From: Marine group II euryarchaeote REDSEA-S42_B7
Lineage (GTDB): Archaea > Thermoplasmatota > Poseidoniia > Poseidoniales > Thalassarchaeaceae
Assembly (NCBI GenBank): GCA_001629255.1
Contig: LURZ01000001.1
Location: 6,850 to 70,849, forward strand
Direction: 5' to 3'
Length of the DNA: 64,000 bases
Position numbers and translations under genes: made by a program
Part shown: positions 1 to 9,914 of the stretch, one piece after another
Position numbering within the stretch: position 1 is the stretch's first letter
How the letters are laid out: every line of letters starts with the position of its first letter
The notes under the pieces: model-generated
The model's database searches: none
Seen by the model: only the letters and a program-made list of their open reading frames with translations
What the model was told of the DNA's origin: nothing

Positions 1-923
1 GTGTCATTCTCAACTCCGAGTCCCCGGAATACTGGTACAATGACTTCCTCAGTGCTGGATTACACAACCTGACCTTCATGTTAATAGATCAGAATGGTAA
101 GGAGAGGATACACCACCAGATGATAACAGTCCTGGAGACGGGACCCGTGGCCGTGATTTCCGGAATGTCAGACGGGCAGTACCTTCCTCCGGGACAAGCC
201 GCTACTCTAAGCGCGACAGAATCGTTCGATTACGACAACGACATCGTACTCTACGAGTGGAGAGTAGACGGGTCTTTGGTAAGTGACAGCACTACTCTCG
301 AAATGACTTTCCAACCTGGGTCAGTAAGGATCGACTTGCTGGTTCAGGACTCAAGGGGGGACGTATCCGTCCAGTCAGTCAACCTCACAATCGGCTCTTC
401 GGCTCCGGAATTATTCGATCTGACGGTCTCGGTACTCAGAGTTGAGGACGAGGTCCCCACAGAGGTTACCACAACCGTGAGGGTCCAAGATGCAGATGGC
501 ACTACGGACATGGTTCGAGGAGAGTTAATCTCCGGAGGGAAGTCTGTTAGCATGTACTTCTATGACGATGGGACGAACGGTGACTCTGTAGAAGGAGACG
601 GCATCTGGACCTCACGTTTCTCTTGGGTCGTCACAGGGGGGTCTTGGGCGCGGGTCGAGGTATACGCTATCGATGGCGGATTGGTCAGCCCCGCGCAGGT
701 TCACACCGTCCCCATAGTGGAATCTGAAAGTGGAGGCCTGGAGGAATGGGTCTCTTCCTTTGGAATTCCAGTGTTGCTTGTTGCAATAGTTTCACTCTCC
801 ATGGCGGGCTTGGCTTACAATAGAGCGAGAATGGCCGAGATCGCCAAGGACATGGAGGTAATCGAGTCCTGGTCCTCATTCGATCCAAGGGAATTAGACG
901 AGGAGTTCGACTCCGAGGACTAA
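1..923 (+). CDS. C-terminal part of a cell-surface protein with PKD/Ig-like repeats and a C-terminal transmembrane anchor; 5' end lies outside the window
   Basis: The reading frame is open from position 3 with no stop, so the gene enters from upstream of the window. Repetitive beta-rich segments are followed by the hydrophobic stretch VLLVAIVSLSMAGLAY and an acidic tail. It lies next to glycosyltransferase genes. Confidence 0.5.
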   Translation, partial: VILNSESPEYWYNDFLSAGLHNLTFMLIDQNGKERIHHQMITVLETGPVAVISGMSDGQYLPPGQAATLSATESFDYDNDIVLYEWRVDGSLVSDSTTLEMTFQPGSVRIDLLVQDSRGDVSVQSVNLTIGSSAPELFDLTVSVLRVEDEVPTEVTTTVRVQDADGTTDMVRGELISGGKSVSMYFYDDGTNGDSVEGDGIWTSRFSWVVTGGSWARVEVYAIDGGLVSPAQVHTVPIVESESGGLEEWVSSFGIPVLLVAIVSLSMAGLAYNRARMAEIAKDMEVIESWSSFDPRELDEEFDSED

Positions 924-1654
924 CTCTCAGGGCCCCAGGCTGTCCTCTCCCGATTTATCCCCAGTCTCTTTGCGAAAAGGAATTTGAAGTTCTTCCAACC
1001 GTCTTCCCATGTGTTGATTTCGGCCTGCCCGACTCTGGTGCGGTAGGGCACCGATATCTCCACCGCCTTGGAACGCCCGAAGCACCTCCTAGCATTGATC
1101 TTCATCTCTTCAGAGAGGGGCATACCATCGTTGGTCGGTCGCATTCTCGGATTCTCCATAATCTCCTTCTTGAAAACCCACATCCCAGACTGAGAGTCGT
1201 GAATGCCATAGAAGAAAAGCATCCTAGCCGTGAAGGAAAGTGCCCAGTTCCCAAAGCCATGTAGCCCCGACATAGCACCATCCTCCGCCCTCTTTAGGCG
1301 GTCGCAGGTGATGAATTGCAAGTCGTCCTCGACCAGTTTACGAACCAATTTCGGAACCTCCTCCCCAGGATACGTACAATCTGCATCCATCGTTACTATC
1401 ACTTGGCCAGGGGCCATCTGGAAACCCGTCCTGTAGGCTCTCCCATACCCTTTCCTCCCCTCAAGGTAAACCGTAGCCCCTTCCTTCTCTGCAAGCTCTC
1501 TAGTCCTATCCTCGGAATTACCATCTATGACCAAGAAGTCGAGTTTTTCGCACCAACCGTCGTTCGGTACCGATCTGATGGTATCCACTATGGCCTCCTC
1601 TTCATTCCTAGTGGGTATTACTACGGTCACGTGAACAGGTATTGGAGCTCCCAT
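920..1654 (-). CDS. GT2-family glycosyltransferase (dolichyl-phosphate mannose/glucose synthase-like)
   Basis: The N-terminus reads VVIPTRNEE...IDGNSEDRT...VTMDADCTYP, which is typical of GT2 Dpm1/AglJ-like enzymes including the DXD region. Length is 244 aa. Confidence 0.75.
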   Translation of the reverse strand: MGAPIPVHVTVVIPTRNEEEAIVDTIRSVPNDGWCEKLDFLVIDGNSEDRTRELAEKEGATVYLEGRKGYGRAYRTGFQMAPGQVIVTMDADCTYPGEEVPKLVRKLVEDDLQFITCDRLKRAEDGAMSGLHGFGNWALSFTARMLFFYGIHDSQSGMWVFKKEIMENPRMRPTNDGMPLSEEMKINARRCFGRSKAVEISVPYRTRVGQAEINTWEDGWKNFKFLFAKRLGINRERTAWGPES

Positions 1655-1740
1655 GGGGTTTTGCCCAAATTGGGCCTATTTTTGAACCATTGTAGTGGTT
1701 CTGATTCCCCGCTCTCTTCAAAAATAACGTCTCTGACGGT

Positions 1741-2985
1741 TTGACGGCGGACAACATGCATGTCGCGATGATTTCTGGAGAGTATCCTCCTCGATGGGGA
1801 GGGATGGGCTCAACTGTTTACCATCTATCCTCAAGATTGGCAGATATGGGGCATAAAATCTCAGTAATTACAAGGAAGTCCAGAGGTGAGCCACCGCAGA
1901 TAGACAACGTGGAAATAATCGAGGTTCCATGGTTGAAAGTCCCATTGGAATTCACAAGGTCTTATGGGAGATCCGCTCTCAAAGCTTTGATCCGCCTCCA
2001 TTCGGAGCATCCAGTCGATGTGGTCCATCTCCACTGCCCCATGGTATCCTGGAATGACTCACAGTTCGACAGGTGCACTAGTGAAGTGGCACCAGTCGTA
2101 TCTTCGATGCATGGAACATGGCTTGGAGAGAGGGACGGACTTACACTCGCAGCCAGATTCGGGGAGCCAGCAGTTTGGTCCAACCCCAATGACATCGCAA
2201 TTCGATTCATGGCGAGCAGGTACTCCAACTTCGAGAGATCCGCAATCAGGAAATCCTCGGTCGTAATTCCAAACTCAGAAGCAACCAGACTCGATTTGGA
2301 GTCAAGGTACTCCGCCCCTAGTGATTGGGACTGTGAAGTCATTCATTGGGGAATAGATACCAGTTTGTTCGTACCCATGCATCCCGATAGCGAATCAGAA
2401 ATCCACAGCATGAATGAGACTAGGAAGAAGTATGGCATAAGTGATGGAGGAAATATGCTTCTAGCGGTCGGAAGACTGGCAGCACGCAAGGGGCATGGCC
2501 TGCTTCTACGGGCTTTCTCCAAGGTTGCTGAGTCTACGAACTCCCACTTGGTCATCATCGGGCGAGGGTCCCTAAAACGAAGGCTGAATAGAATGTCTGA
2601 GAGACTTGGTATCAGCGACAGGGTGACAATCGAGTCAGGGATGGGTTTCGAGCAGATCTCTGAGATGTACAGATTTTCTCAGTTATGCGTTTATCCGTCC
2701 TACTACGAAGGTCAAGGACTAATTCCTTTGGAGGCGATGAGTTCTGGAATCCCAGTTTTGACCGTGAACAATGGCCCACTACCAGAGATGGTCGATGAAA
2801 CTGTAGGCGCACTCTTCGAGCTTGGTTCGGTCGACTCTCTCTCAGAAGCGATCGCCTCTGAGCTGTCATCTAACGAGAGCCTAAATCAGAAGGGTGCAGA
2901 AGGTAGGCAGAGAGTTCTGGATAGGTTCACCCTGGATGGTAACGCGGAGAGATTCCTCGAGGTTTATCGTCGAGCATCTAGTTGA
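1741..2985 (+). CDS. GT4-family glycosyltransferase (group 1)
   Basis: The N-terminus has EYPPRWGGMGSTVYHLS and the C-terminus has a GT4 E-x7-E-like region (EGQGLIPLEAMSSGIPV). The gene is divergent from the GT2 gene. Confidence 0.75.
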   Translation: MTADNMHVAMISGEYPPRWGGMGSTVYHLSSRLADMGHKISVITRKSRGEPPQIDNVEIIEVPWLKVPLEFTRSYGRSALKALIRLHSEHPVDVVHLHCPMVSWNDSQFDRCTSEVAPVVSSMHGTWLGERDGLTLAARFGEPAVWSNPNDIAIRFMASRYSNFERSAIRKSSVVIPNSEATRLDLESRYSAPSDWDCEVIHWGIDTSLFVPMHPDSESEIHSMNETRKKYGISDGGNMLLAVGRLAARKGHGLLLRAFSKVAESTNSHLVIIGRGSLKRRLNRMSERLGISDRVTIESGMGFEQISEMYRFSQLCVYPSYYEGQGLIPLEAMSSGIPVLTVNNGPLPEMVDETVGALFELGSVDSLSEAIASELSSNESLNQKGAEGRQRVLDRFTLDGNAERFLEVYRRASS

Positions 2986-3033
2986 GTCGATTCCGGGGAA
3001 ACTCTTGATTGCTAATCCGCCTTCCGACCGCCT

Positions 3034-4113
3034 ATGGGGAACACAATCAACTATCCGAGGAGATCGAATAGTGCAACCACTGCTAACTTTGCGATCATCG
3101 TCCTAGTGGGATATCTGGTACTCACATACCTCAAGCCGATTTTAATGCCGTTTTGCATAGCAATTTTGATCTATTTCCTTATTAGGGCTCCAGAGCAGTA
3201 CCTAGTCGCTCGCTTCGAGATAGTTGAGAGGATGCCAATACTGGCATACGGCGTCATGATAGGAATCGGCGCTGCGATTTCGTATGGGATTTCGATTCTT
3301 CTGTACAGTAATATCGATCAATTTCAAGAAGAGATGACCAAAGATGGGGGACTAAATGACAAATTCAGAGAGAAGTGGGATGCTTTGGGAGAGACCAACC
3401 TCTATGGGTTCGAAGAAGTGATTACCAACCAGGACACAATTGAGAACCTGGTGAATCCTCAGGTCATTCAGGACTTTGCGACCAACATTCTCGCTGACTT
3501 TGCGACTTTCATCACTACCATGATAACAGTAGCAGTATTCCTCATCTTTTTGATTCTCGAGGAGAAGAGCCTTCCAAACAGGTTCAGGGCAGCGTTCCCA
3601 GAATCCCACGGTAGAGTTAGTGCGATTGTATCCAATTCGTCTGAGGCGATTTCTACCTATGTTATCTCCAAGGCCACGTGTAGCGCAGGTCAGGCTATCA
3701 TACTCGGATTTTTACTCTGGTCGTTCGATATACCCGGATGGTTGATTTTCGCGATTCTTACATTCATGATGGACTGGATCCCCCTGTTGGGGGCCCTGCT
3801 CGCCACCATCCCTCCGATGATGATAGCCTTGATTGCTCTCGATCCAGCTCAGGCCGTCTTGCTTGGAGTATTGATGGTGATGAATCAGAATTTGTGGGCG
3901 CAACTAATCGAGCCTAACTTCTTCGGGCAGAAACTCGGTATTTCTCCCTTAGTACTTATCCTGACGGTCATGGTCTCTGCATCGGTCTGGGGGATAAGTG
4001 GGGCGATTGTTGGCGTACCCATCATGATAATCGCAAGAATCGCACTCGAAGAGGACGAGAGAACCCGGCCAATCGCTCTCATGCTAGCAATGAATGTTCA
4101 CGAGGAAGAGTAG
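3034..4113 (+). CDS. AI-2E family (PerM/YhhT-like) membrane transporter
   Basis: Multi-pass membrane protein with the characteristic C-terminal block FMMDWIPLLGALLATIPPMMIAL. The length and TM pattern fit PF01594. Confidence 0.6.
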   Translation: MGNTINYPRRSNSATTANFAIIVLVGYLVLTYLKPILMPFCIAILIYFLIRAPEQYLVARFEIVERMPILAYGVMIGIGAAISYGISILLYSNIDQFQEEMTKDGGLNDKFREKWDALGETNLYGFEEVITNQDTIENLVNPQVIQDFATNILADFATFITTMITVAVFLIFLILEEKSLPNRFRAAFPESHGRVSAIVSNSSEAISTYVISKATCSAGQAIILGFLLWSFDIPGWLIFAILTFMMDWIPLLGALLATIPPMMIALIALDPAQAVLLGVLMVMNQNLWAQLIEPNFFGQKLGISPLVLILTVMVSASVWGISGAIVGVPIMIIARIALEEDERTRPIALMLAMNVHEEE

Positions 4114-4116
4114 CGC

Positions 4117-4722
4117 TCATCGCTTGGATATCAATATCAAGACTCCTTCCCCCCTGATATTCACGAAATCCCCAGTGCCTTCATTGTGTAGTCCTCTCGA
4201 TGATAAGCCCAGATCATCTCCGTGTAATTCCCATTTGGCCCCTGATATCCATACCTTCCCTGCCTCAATAGCGAAAACAGAGAACAGCTCCCCTTCCTCG
4301 AACTTAGCGGAGAAACACTCATGATCGGGGTGGAGCCGGATAGAGACTTGCTCTTCGTGATGTATCCTGATCCTCGCTCCAGAAGAAGCGTCGTTCATAG
4401 CCGCCCAGTTACCGAGAATGTGACTAGGGTCCCCACCATCGGCCCCTACTATCTCAATTTCATCGAACCCTCTGTGCATCAGTTCTTCGATGGACTTTAC
4501 CAGGTCACTGAAGGACTGATCATCGAGTGGCAGAGTCCTGCCCTTCCAAGCAGATTCGTCTATGGAATCCATATCTCCCAGAACCTCGGAGACCTCGACC
4601 CCCAAACCATGTGCTTTGTCGGCACCACCATCGACTCCGAATACAGGCGCTCCAGACTTGAGGACCCATTCAACTACTGACTCAGTCGGTATCGAACCAT
4701 TGCACCAGAGCACTGCACGCAT
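4117..4722 (-). CDS. thiamine pyrophosphokinase-like protein
   Basis: Motifs LWCNG...VDGGADKA...LGDMDSI match the TPK catalytic pattern (xNG / ADGGA / GDxDS). Length is 201 aa. Confidence 0.5.
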   Translation of the reverse strand: MRAVLWCNGSIPTESVVEWVLKSGAPVFGVDGGADKAHGLGVEVSEVLGDMDSIDESAWKGRTLPLDDQSFSDLVKSIEELMHRGFDEIEIVGADGGDPSHILGNWAAMNDASSGARIRIHHEEQVSIRLHPDHECFSAKFEEGELFSVFAIEAGKVWISGAKWELHGDDLGLSSRGLHNEGTGDFVNIRGEGVLILISKR

Positions 4723-4730
4723 TTGCTAAC

Positions 4731-5750
4731 CTACCCTACAGAGACCTTACCCTCGGAAATTATCGTTGTCTCCTCGAGCAATACCTCCGGGGACGTCATT
4801 GTTCCTCTGTGATGTATCCCCACCCGTATAGAACCCCCCAGGTGAGTGTTGTCTCCAAAGCCGAAGTAAGCACCTCCACGCAGGACTAGATCCTCAACCC
4901 GATTACCGACGAGCTCACTGGCCTTGGGGTTCATTCCAAAACCGAACTCTGCAACCGTCCAAATAAGGTCCTTCTTGGAACTCCTTATGCCTGCTTTCGC
5001 CATTTCGAAAGACTCCTCTATCTCACTGGCGATTTGCCCTCCGGAGATGTTTACGACCATTCCTTTCACAATGTTTAGCGACAGGGGCTCTTCTAGAAGA
5101 ATGCCCTCCCAGGACCCGTCGATCACGATAGTCCCGTTCATGCTCCCCTCTTTGGGAGAGACGAAAACCTTGCCAGCGGGCAAATTTGCTATTTGGCCAG
5201 GCCTGTTGCATATTCCATTGTCCTCAAGCACCCATCTCCCACCTGTCAGGAACTCTATTTCAGTGCCAGATGGGGAACTGACGCGGACCCTCCTCTTCCT
5301 CCTGAATACAGAACCCATCCCGCTGATCTCTCTCTGGAGGGCGTTATAGTCCGCGGTCATGCCTCCAGTCTCGAATGAGATTCTCCCTATGCCTGGCATG
5401 GACACTATCCTCGCCCCTTCCTTAGTAGCCTGTTGTCTGGCTCTTGTGTGCGTCATAGAGTCCTTGGTTGCTATTATTATCACCCTGTTCTTCCTCATTA
5501 TGTCCGCCACAGGTAAGGGGGGTTCCTTGCCTGGCTTCTGTGTTGGAGGCATCATAACAAGCAGTATCCTGTCCGTTACGCGTGCAGCCTCTTCGTAGAT
5601 TGATTGTCCTACTTCTGCCGTCTCAGGATCCGTGATGACTAAAACATCCTCCTCTCTCCTCACTTGAAGGCATGTCCGAATAACTGACCTAGCGGTAGAC
5701 AGCATCGCCTCCGATGTATTATCCCTAGTTCCCCCTCCCTCAGTCGACAT
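4731..5750 (-). CDS. putative aminopeptidase (M29/AmpS-like); family assignment uncertain
   Basis: The AEFGFGMNP and FGFGDNTHLGG...HHRG blocks are reminiscent of thermophilic M29 aminopeptidases. The assignment is weak. Confidence 0.3.
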   Translation of the reverse strand: MSTEGGGTRDNTSEAMLSTARSVIRTCLQVRREEDVLVITDPETAEVGQSIYEEAARVTDRILLVMMPPTQKPGKEPPLPVADIMRKNRVIIIATKDSMTHTRARQQATKEGARIVSMPGIGRISFETGGMTADYNALQREISGMGSVFRRKRRVRVSSPSGTEIEFLTGGRWVLEDNGICNRPGQIANLPAGKVFVSPKEGSMNGTIVIDGSWEGILLEEPLSLNIVKGMVVNISGGQIASEIEESFEMAKAGIRSSKKDLIWTVAEFGFGMNPKASELVGNRVEDLVLRGGAYFGFGDNTHLGGSIRVGIHHRGTMTSPEVLLEETTIISEGKVSVG

Positions 5751-5786
5751 TGCTGTTGGGCCTAGGCGGGCTTGGGTCTTGATACT

Positions 5787-7733
5787 TCACTCCACTAGGG
5801 ATAGGTCCTTGGTTCGGTTAGAAATCTCTGCGAAGATATCCGAAACGAACTGCTCAAGGGGAACGCCATTCTTCTGCTTGCCGTTTCTGCTTCTGATTGA
5901 GACAGACCCTCCCTTCATCTCGTCATCACCGAGAATAAGCATGTAAGCCGGGCGACTCTTCCTGTGCATCCTTATCTTCTTCCCAATTGTGTTGTCCGAA
6001 TCATCCACTTTCACTCTGACTCCTGCAATCTTCAGAGTCTCCCTTACATTCTCTGCATAATCCTTGTGCCTCTCCGAGATGGTGATTACCTGGGCTTGCA
6101 CGGGGGAAAGCCAGGTAGGTAGATTTCCAGCCCACTGCTCCAGAAGGAAAGCCACGAACCTCTCATGAGTTGATAGCGGGGCCCTATGGATTACGAAGAC
6201 CTCCCCGTTCTCATTTCCAGTCTCGTCCATGTATGATAGCCCAAACCTCTCCTTGGCAGCGAAGTCTAGTTGTATGGTGGACATCGACTCCTCCCTCCCC
6301 AAAACCGTCCTAAATTGTATGTCTATCTTGGGTCCATAGAATGCAGCCTCGCCGACTGCCTCTGTGTATTCGACCCCTAAGCCATCCATGATCTCCCTCA
6401 GATGGTTCTGGGTAGCCTCCCAGTTTTCCGGCTGATCGATATACTTGTCCTTGTTGTCAGGGTCCCACAGTGACAAGCGGAAGTCATAGTCATCGAAGCC
6501 GAACGTTTCGTAGTATTCCTGTGCCATCCTGACGTTGCTTCGGACCTCAGTTGCCACTTGATCCAAGGTACAATAGACATGGGCATCGTTCATGGACAGC
6601 ATCCTGACCCTCAGAAGTCCTGCTAGCGTTCCGGACAACTCGTTCCTGTACACAGTACCGTACTCTGCGATTCTAATTGGAAGGTCCCTGTAGGACCTTT
6701 TGCTATTCGTAAAAACTAGGTGGTGCATTGGACAATTCATCGCCTTGAGGTAGTATTCGCCATCGTCCATCTTCATTGGCGGGTACATCCCCTCCGCATA
6801 GTGTGGCAGATGGCCGGATGTCTCGAAAAGCTCCTTCTTCCCAAGAACCGGGGTAGTCACTCTGTCGTAGCCATATGCCTCCTCTGTCTCTATCGCGAAG
6901 TTCTCTATCTCCGACTTCAGTATCTCTCCGTAAGGCAGCCAAACAGGGAGGCCCTTCCCTATCAAATCGTTAATCATGTAGAGCCCCATCTCCTTCCCTA
7001 TCTTCTTGTGGTCTCTCCTTGCAGCCTCTTGTATCTGCCTCTCGCGTTCCTTCAGACCATCCTTGGAAGGATAGCACATTCCGTAAATCCTGACCAGCGA
7101 CTCCCTGTCCTTGTCTGCCCTCCAGTATGCCTGGCTGGTGCTGGTTAGCTTGAACCACCTCAATTGGGAGGTCAGCGAGACGTGAGGCCCTTTGCAGAGG
7201 TCGATGAAGTCTCCCTGACGGTAGGCCGACGAACCCACATCATGGCCGATTTTATCATCCATTATCTCCAATTTGAATGGATTTGAGGAGAATATCTCCC
7301 TAAGTGACTCATTGTCTAGCTCTTCCCTCTCAATCGAGATGTTCTGCTTCACCAGTTCTTTCATCCTCTTCTCTATCTGACGAAGCTCTTCGTCTCCGAT
7401 TGGATCCATTGCGAAGTCATAGTAGAACCCGTGCTCTATAGGCGGTCCGATTGTGGGCTTGGCATCCGGATAAAGCTGAGTCACCGCTTGGGCCAGAAGA
7501 TGTGCACAACTGTGTCTTAAGATGTACAGCCCCTCCTCGGAATCGCCCAATATCGGCTCTACCTTGCAATTCTCATCGAGCCTGAAGGACATGTCCCTCT
7601 CCTCTCCGTTTACGAATGCGGCCACTGCTCCTGACTTCCTCCCATGGACATTTTTGATTACCTCTCCAGCGCTGATGCCACTTGCATACTCGTGAGACTC
7701 GCCCTCCCCGATGTCAACGGAAATCATTCCCAC
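5787..7733 (-). CDS. thrS: threonine--tRNA ligase (bacterial-type, with N-terminal TGS/editing domain)
   Basis: The editing-domain signature HSCAHLLAQA is present, together with class II aaRS catalytic-core motifs and a C-terminal anticodon-binding domain. Length is 648 aa. Confidence 0.9.
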   Translation of the reverse strand: MGMISVDIGEGESHEYASGISAGEVIKNVHGRKSGAVAAFVNGEERDMSFRLDENCKVEPILGDSEEGLYILRHSCAHLLAQAVTQLYPDAKPTIGPPIEHGFYYDFAMDPIGDEELRQIEKRMKELVKQNISIEREELDNESLREIFSSNPFKLEIMDDKIGHDVGSSAYRQGDFIDLCKGPHVSLTSQLRWFKLTSTSQAYWRADKDRESLVRIYGMCYPSKDGLKERERQIQEAARRDHKKIGKEMGLYMINDLIGKGLPVWLPYGEILKSEIENFAIETEEAYGYDRVTTPVLGKKELFETSGHLPHYAEGMYPPMKMDDGEYYLKAMNCPMHHLVFTNSKRSYRDLPIRIAEYGTVYRNELSGTLAGLLRVRMLSMNDAHVYCTLDQVATEVRSNVRMAQEYYETFGFDDYDFRLSLWDPDNKDKYIDQPENWEATQNHLREIMDGLGVEYTEAVGEAAFYGPKIDIQFRTVLGREESMSTIQLDFAAKERFGLSYMDETGNENGEVFVIHRAPLSTHERFVAFLLEQWAGNLPTWLSPVQAQVITISERHKDYAENVRETLKIAGVRVKVDDSDNTIGKKIRMHRKSRPAYMLILGDDEMKGGSVSIRSRNGKQKNGVPLEQFVSDIFAEISNRTKDLSLVE

Positions 7734-7737
7734 TGGT

Positions 7738-7762
7738 ATCCCTCGTCGGCTACGCCGACGGC
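7738..7762. terminator. GC-rich hairpin CGTCGGC-TA-CGCCGACG between the arcC 3' end and the thrS 5' end
   Basis: 7-bp perfect stem. There is no clear oligo-T tract, so a terminator function is uncertain. Confidence 0.25.
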
Positions 7763-7805
7763 CCGCCGATATGAATGGCTTGGCCGTTAATTGATGGTAC
7801 GGCGC

Positions 7806-8714
7806 TCATTCAATGGTGAATTGGGTACCCGCCTCACCCTCTACCATCTCGGCGATATCCGTCAACGCGCCAATTACCGCGCGCTCGCCAGTCCTCATCA
7901 CAAAGTCACAGGCCGCCTCAACTTTCGGACCCATGGATCCAGGCTCAAAATCCATCTTCGCTATCTCTTCGGGTGTGGTGGCCTGTATCAATTCCTGGCT
8001 TTCAGTACCCCAGTCGCGGTATACTCCATCTGCGTCTGTAGCCAGGATTAGCAGCCTTGCTCCCAACTGCCTTGCGAGTAAGGCGCTGGCCTTGTCCTTG
8101 TCAATTACCACTTCAACACCCTCCAGTGATCCTTCGGAATTGTAGGCTGTTGGTATCCCCCCTCCACCAGCGCAAATCACAATCACCCCCTTCTCCAAGA
8201 GCCAGTGAATCGGCCGCAACTCGAAGATCCTGTGTGGTTCAGGAGAGGGAACTACTCTCCTCCAGCTGCTTCCATCCTTGGCGATAGACCATCCCTTCTC
8301 TTCGGAGATTCTCCTGGCCTCATGCTTGCTGTAAATTGGGCCAATTGGCTTGGTTGGATTTTCGAAGGCGGGATCATCCGGATCGACCTCCACCATCGTT
8401 AGTATTGTAGCCAAAGAATTCTCAGTCGGAAGGAGGTTACCCAGCTCCTGTTGTATTGCATAACCCAGCATCCCCTCTGTCTGAGCTCCCAGAACATCCA
8501 GAGGGTATTCCTCCGCTTCCTTATACGATGCGGATTGCAAGGCGAGGAGTCCTACTTGCGGGCCATTCCCATGGGTGATAACCAGTTGGTGCCCCTTCGC
8601 TAGTGGGGCCAGCTCCTTGCATGCCTCCCTGACGTTCCTCCTCTGATTCTCGGATGTTTGTTCCTCGCCCCTCTTCAGGAGAGCGTTTCCGCCCAGAGCC
8701 ACTACTAGTCTCAC
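7806..8714 (-). CDS. arcC: carbamate kinase
   Basis: [10 protein letters not shown]...[10 protein letters not shown] is the carbamate kinase N-terminal signature. The track ORF extends to 8765. I prefer the internal GTG at about 8714 ([10 protein letters not shown]), which has a purine-rich tract upstream and otherwise abuts the divergent neighbouring start. Confidence 0.8.
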   Translation of the reverse strand: MRLVVALGGNALLKRGEEQTSENQRRNVREACKELAPLAKGHQLVITHGNGPQVGLLALQSASYKEAEEYPLDVLGAQTEGMLGYAIQQELGNLLPTENSLATILTMVEVDPDDPAFENPTKPIGPIYSKHEARRISEEKGWSIAKDGSSWRRVVPSPEPHRIFELRPIHWLLEKGVIVICAGGGGIPTAYNSEGSLEGVEVVIDKDKASALLARQLGARLLILATDADGVYRDWGTESQELIQATTPEEIAKMDFEPGSMGPKVEAACDFVMRTGERAVIGALTDIAEMVEGEAGTQFTIE

Positions 8715-8765
8715 GATAATTCCCCAAGCGTGAACCGATAAGAACACCTCCCCTCTGCGATACAC

Positions 8766-9914
8766 ATGGAGCGCATTGGGCTGCTTGCAAACCCGGACGC
8801 CGGACTGGGGGGGAGGCTAGGTCTGAAGGGTTCAGACGGTCAGGCAGAATTGGCAAGGTCAAGAGGAGCGGTGGATAGGTCAGGGCCTAGATTGAAGTCG
8901 ATGCTGGAGTATTTCTCGAAAATCCATCGGGGAGGACAGGTTGACTTGGAATGGGTAACTAGTAAGGGGAGGATGGGAACTGACTGGATCCCTGATGAGA
9001 TGGAAGAATCCGTGATAGTTGAAGCCCACCGGTCCAAAGGATCTACTTCAGCATCGGACACGGAGGATGCAGTAGGGGCAATGGTTAGTTCGGGAATAGA
9101 TTTGCTCGTCTACTCCGGTGGTGACGGGACCACCCGGGACATTGTGGCTTCGCTTTCTAGGCTAGAGTCCTCGGAAATACCCGTGATAGGCGTACCATCC
9201 GGTGTAAAGATGCACTCGGGATGCTTCGCGAGCTCTCCGAAGGGAGCTGCAGAGGTATTATCCTCATGGATTAACGGAGATTTATTGGTTTCTAGTACCG
9301 AAGTACTGGACTTGGACGAAGACTTGTACAGGGAGGGTAAATGGGTGGTTCGGCTCTATGCAGAGGCCTTCTCACCTAACTCCCCTAGGTGGATGCAAGG
9401 ATCTAAGGAACTTGTGCAGACAGAATCGGAGGATGACGTTGTCGTAGGCCTTTCAGAGCACATACGGGAATCACTAGTTAGTGAGGATCACCTAATCATC
9501 TGGGGTTCGGGAGGAACCTTGAGGGCAATTGGCGAGAACAACGGATTCGAATTGACGACTCTGGGCATTGACGTTACCATGGGCAGTGAACAAGTGGGTA
9601 CCGACTTAGATGAGGCAGGGATACTGGCCATTTTGAGTTCTCATGAGGGTCCAACAACTCTCCTATTGTCCCCTATGGGTGGTCAGGGTTTCCTAATCGG
9701 TAGAGGGAACCTGCAACTATCGCCGGCTGTCCTGGAATCAATTGGAATCGACAACATTCTTGGCGTACTTACTCCTGCTAAGTTACTCACGGTGAGGAAA
9801 CTTAGGATTGAGACCGGAGACGAGGGACTGGATGAGAGATTCGCCTCGATGAGGTACATGAAGGTGCTTCAGGGATACAGGACAACTCGAATTCTACCTG
9901 TCTCTGTGGATTAG
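8766..9914 (+). CDS. ATP-NAD kinase-like protein (COG3199-type predicted polyphosphate/ATP NAD kinase)
   Basis: The N-terminus [23 protein letters not shown] and the GGDGT motif ([11 protein letters not shown]) match the NAD-kinase/diacylglycerol-kinase catalytic fold. Confidence 0.55.
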   Translation: MERIGLLANPDAGLGGRLGLKGSDGQAELARSRGAVDRSGPRLKSMLEYFSKIHRGGQVDLEWVTSKGRMGTDWIPDEMEESVIVEAHRSKGSTSASDTEDAVGAMVSSGIDLLVYSGGDGTTRDIVASLSRLESSEIPVIGVPSGVKMHSGCFASSPKGAAEVLSSWINGDLLVSSTEVLDLDEDLYREGKWVVRLYAEAFSPNSPRWMQGSKELVQTESEDDVVVGLSEHIRESLVSEDHLIIWGSGGTLRAIGENNGFELTTLGIDVTMGSEQVGTDLDEAGILAILSSHEGPTTLLLSPMGGQGFLIGRGNLQLSPAVLESIGIDNILGVLTPAKLLTVRKLRIETGDEGLDERFASMRYMKVLQGYRTTRILPVSVD

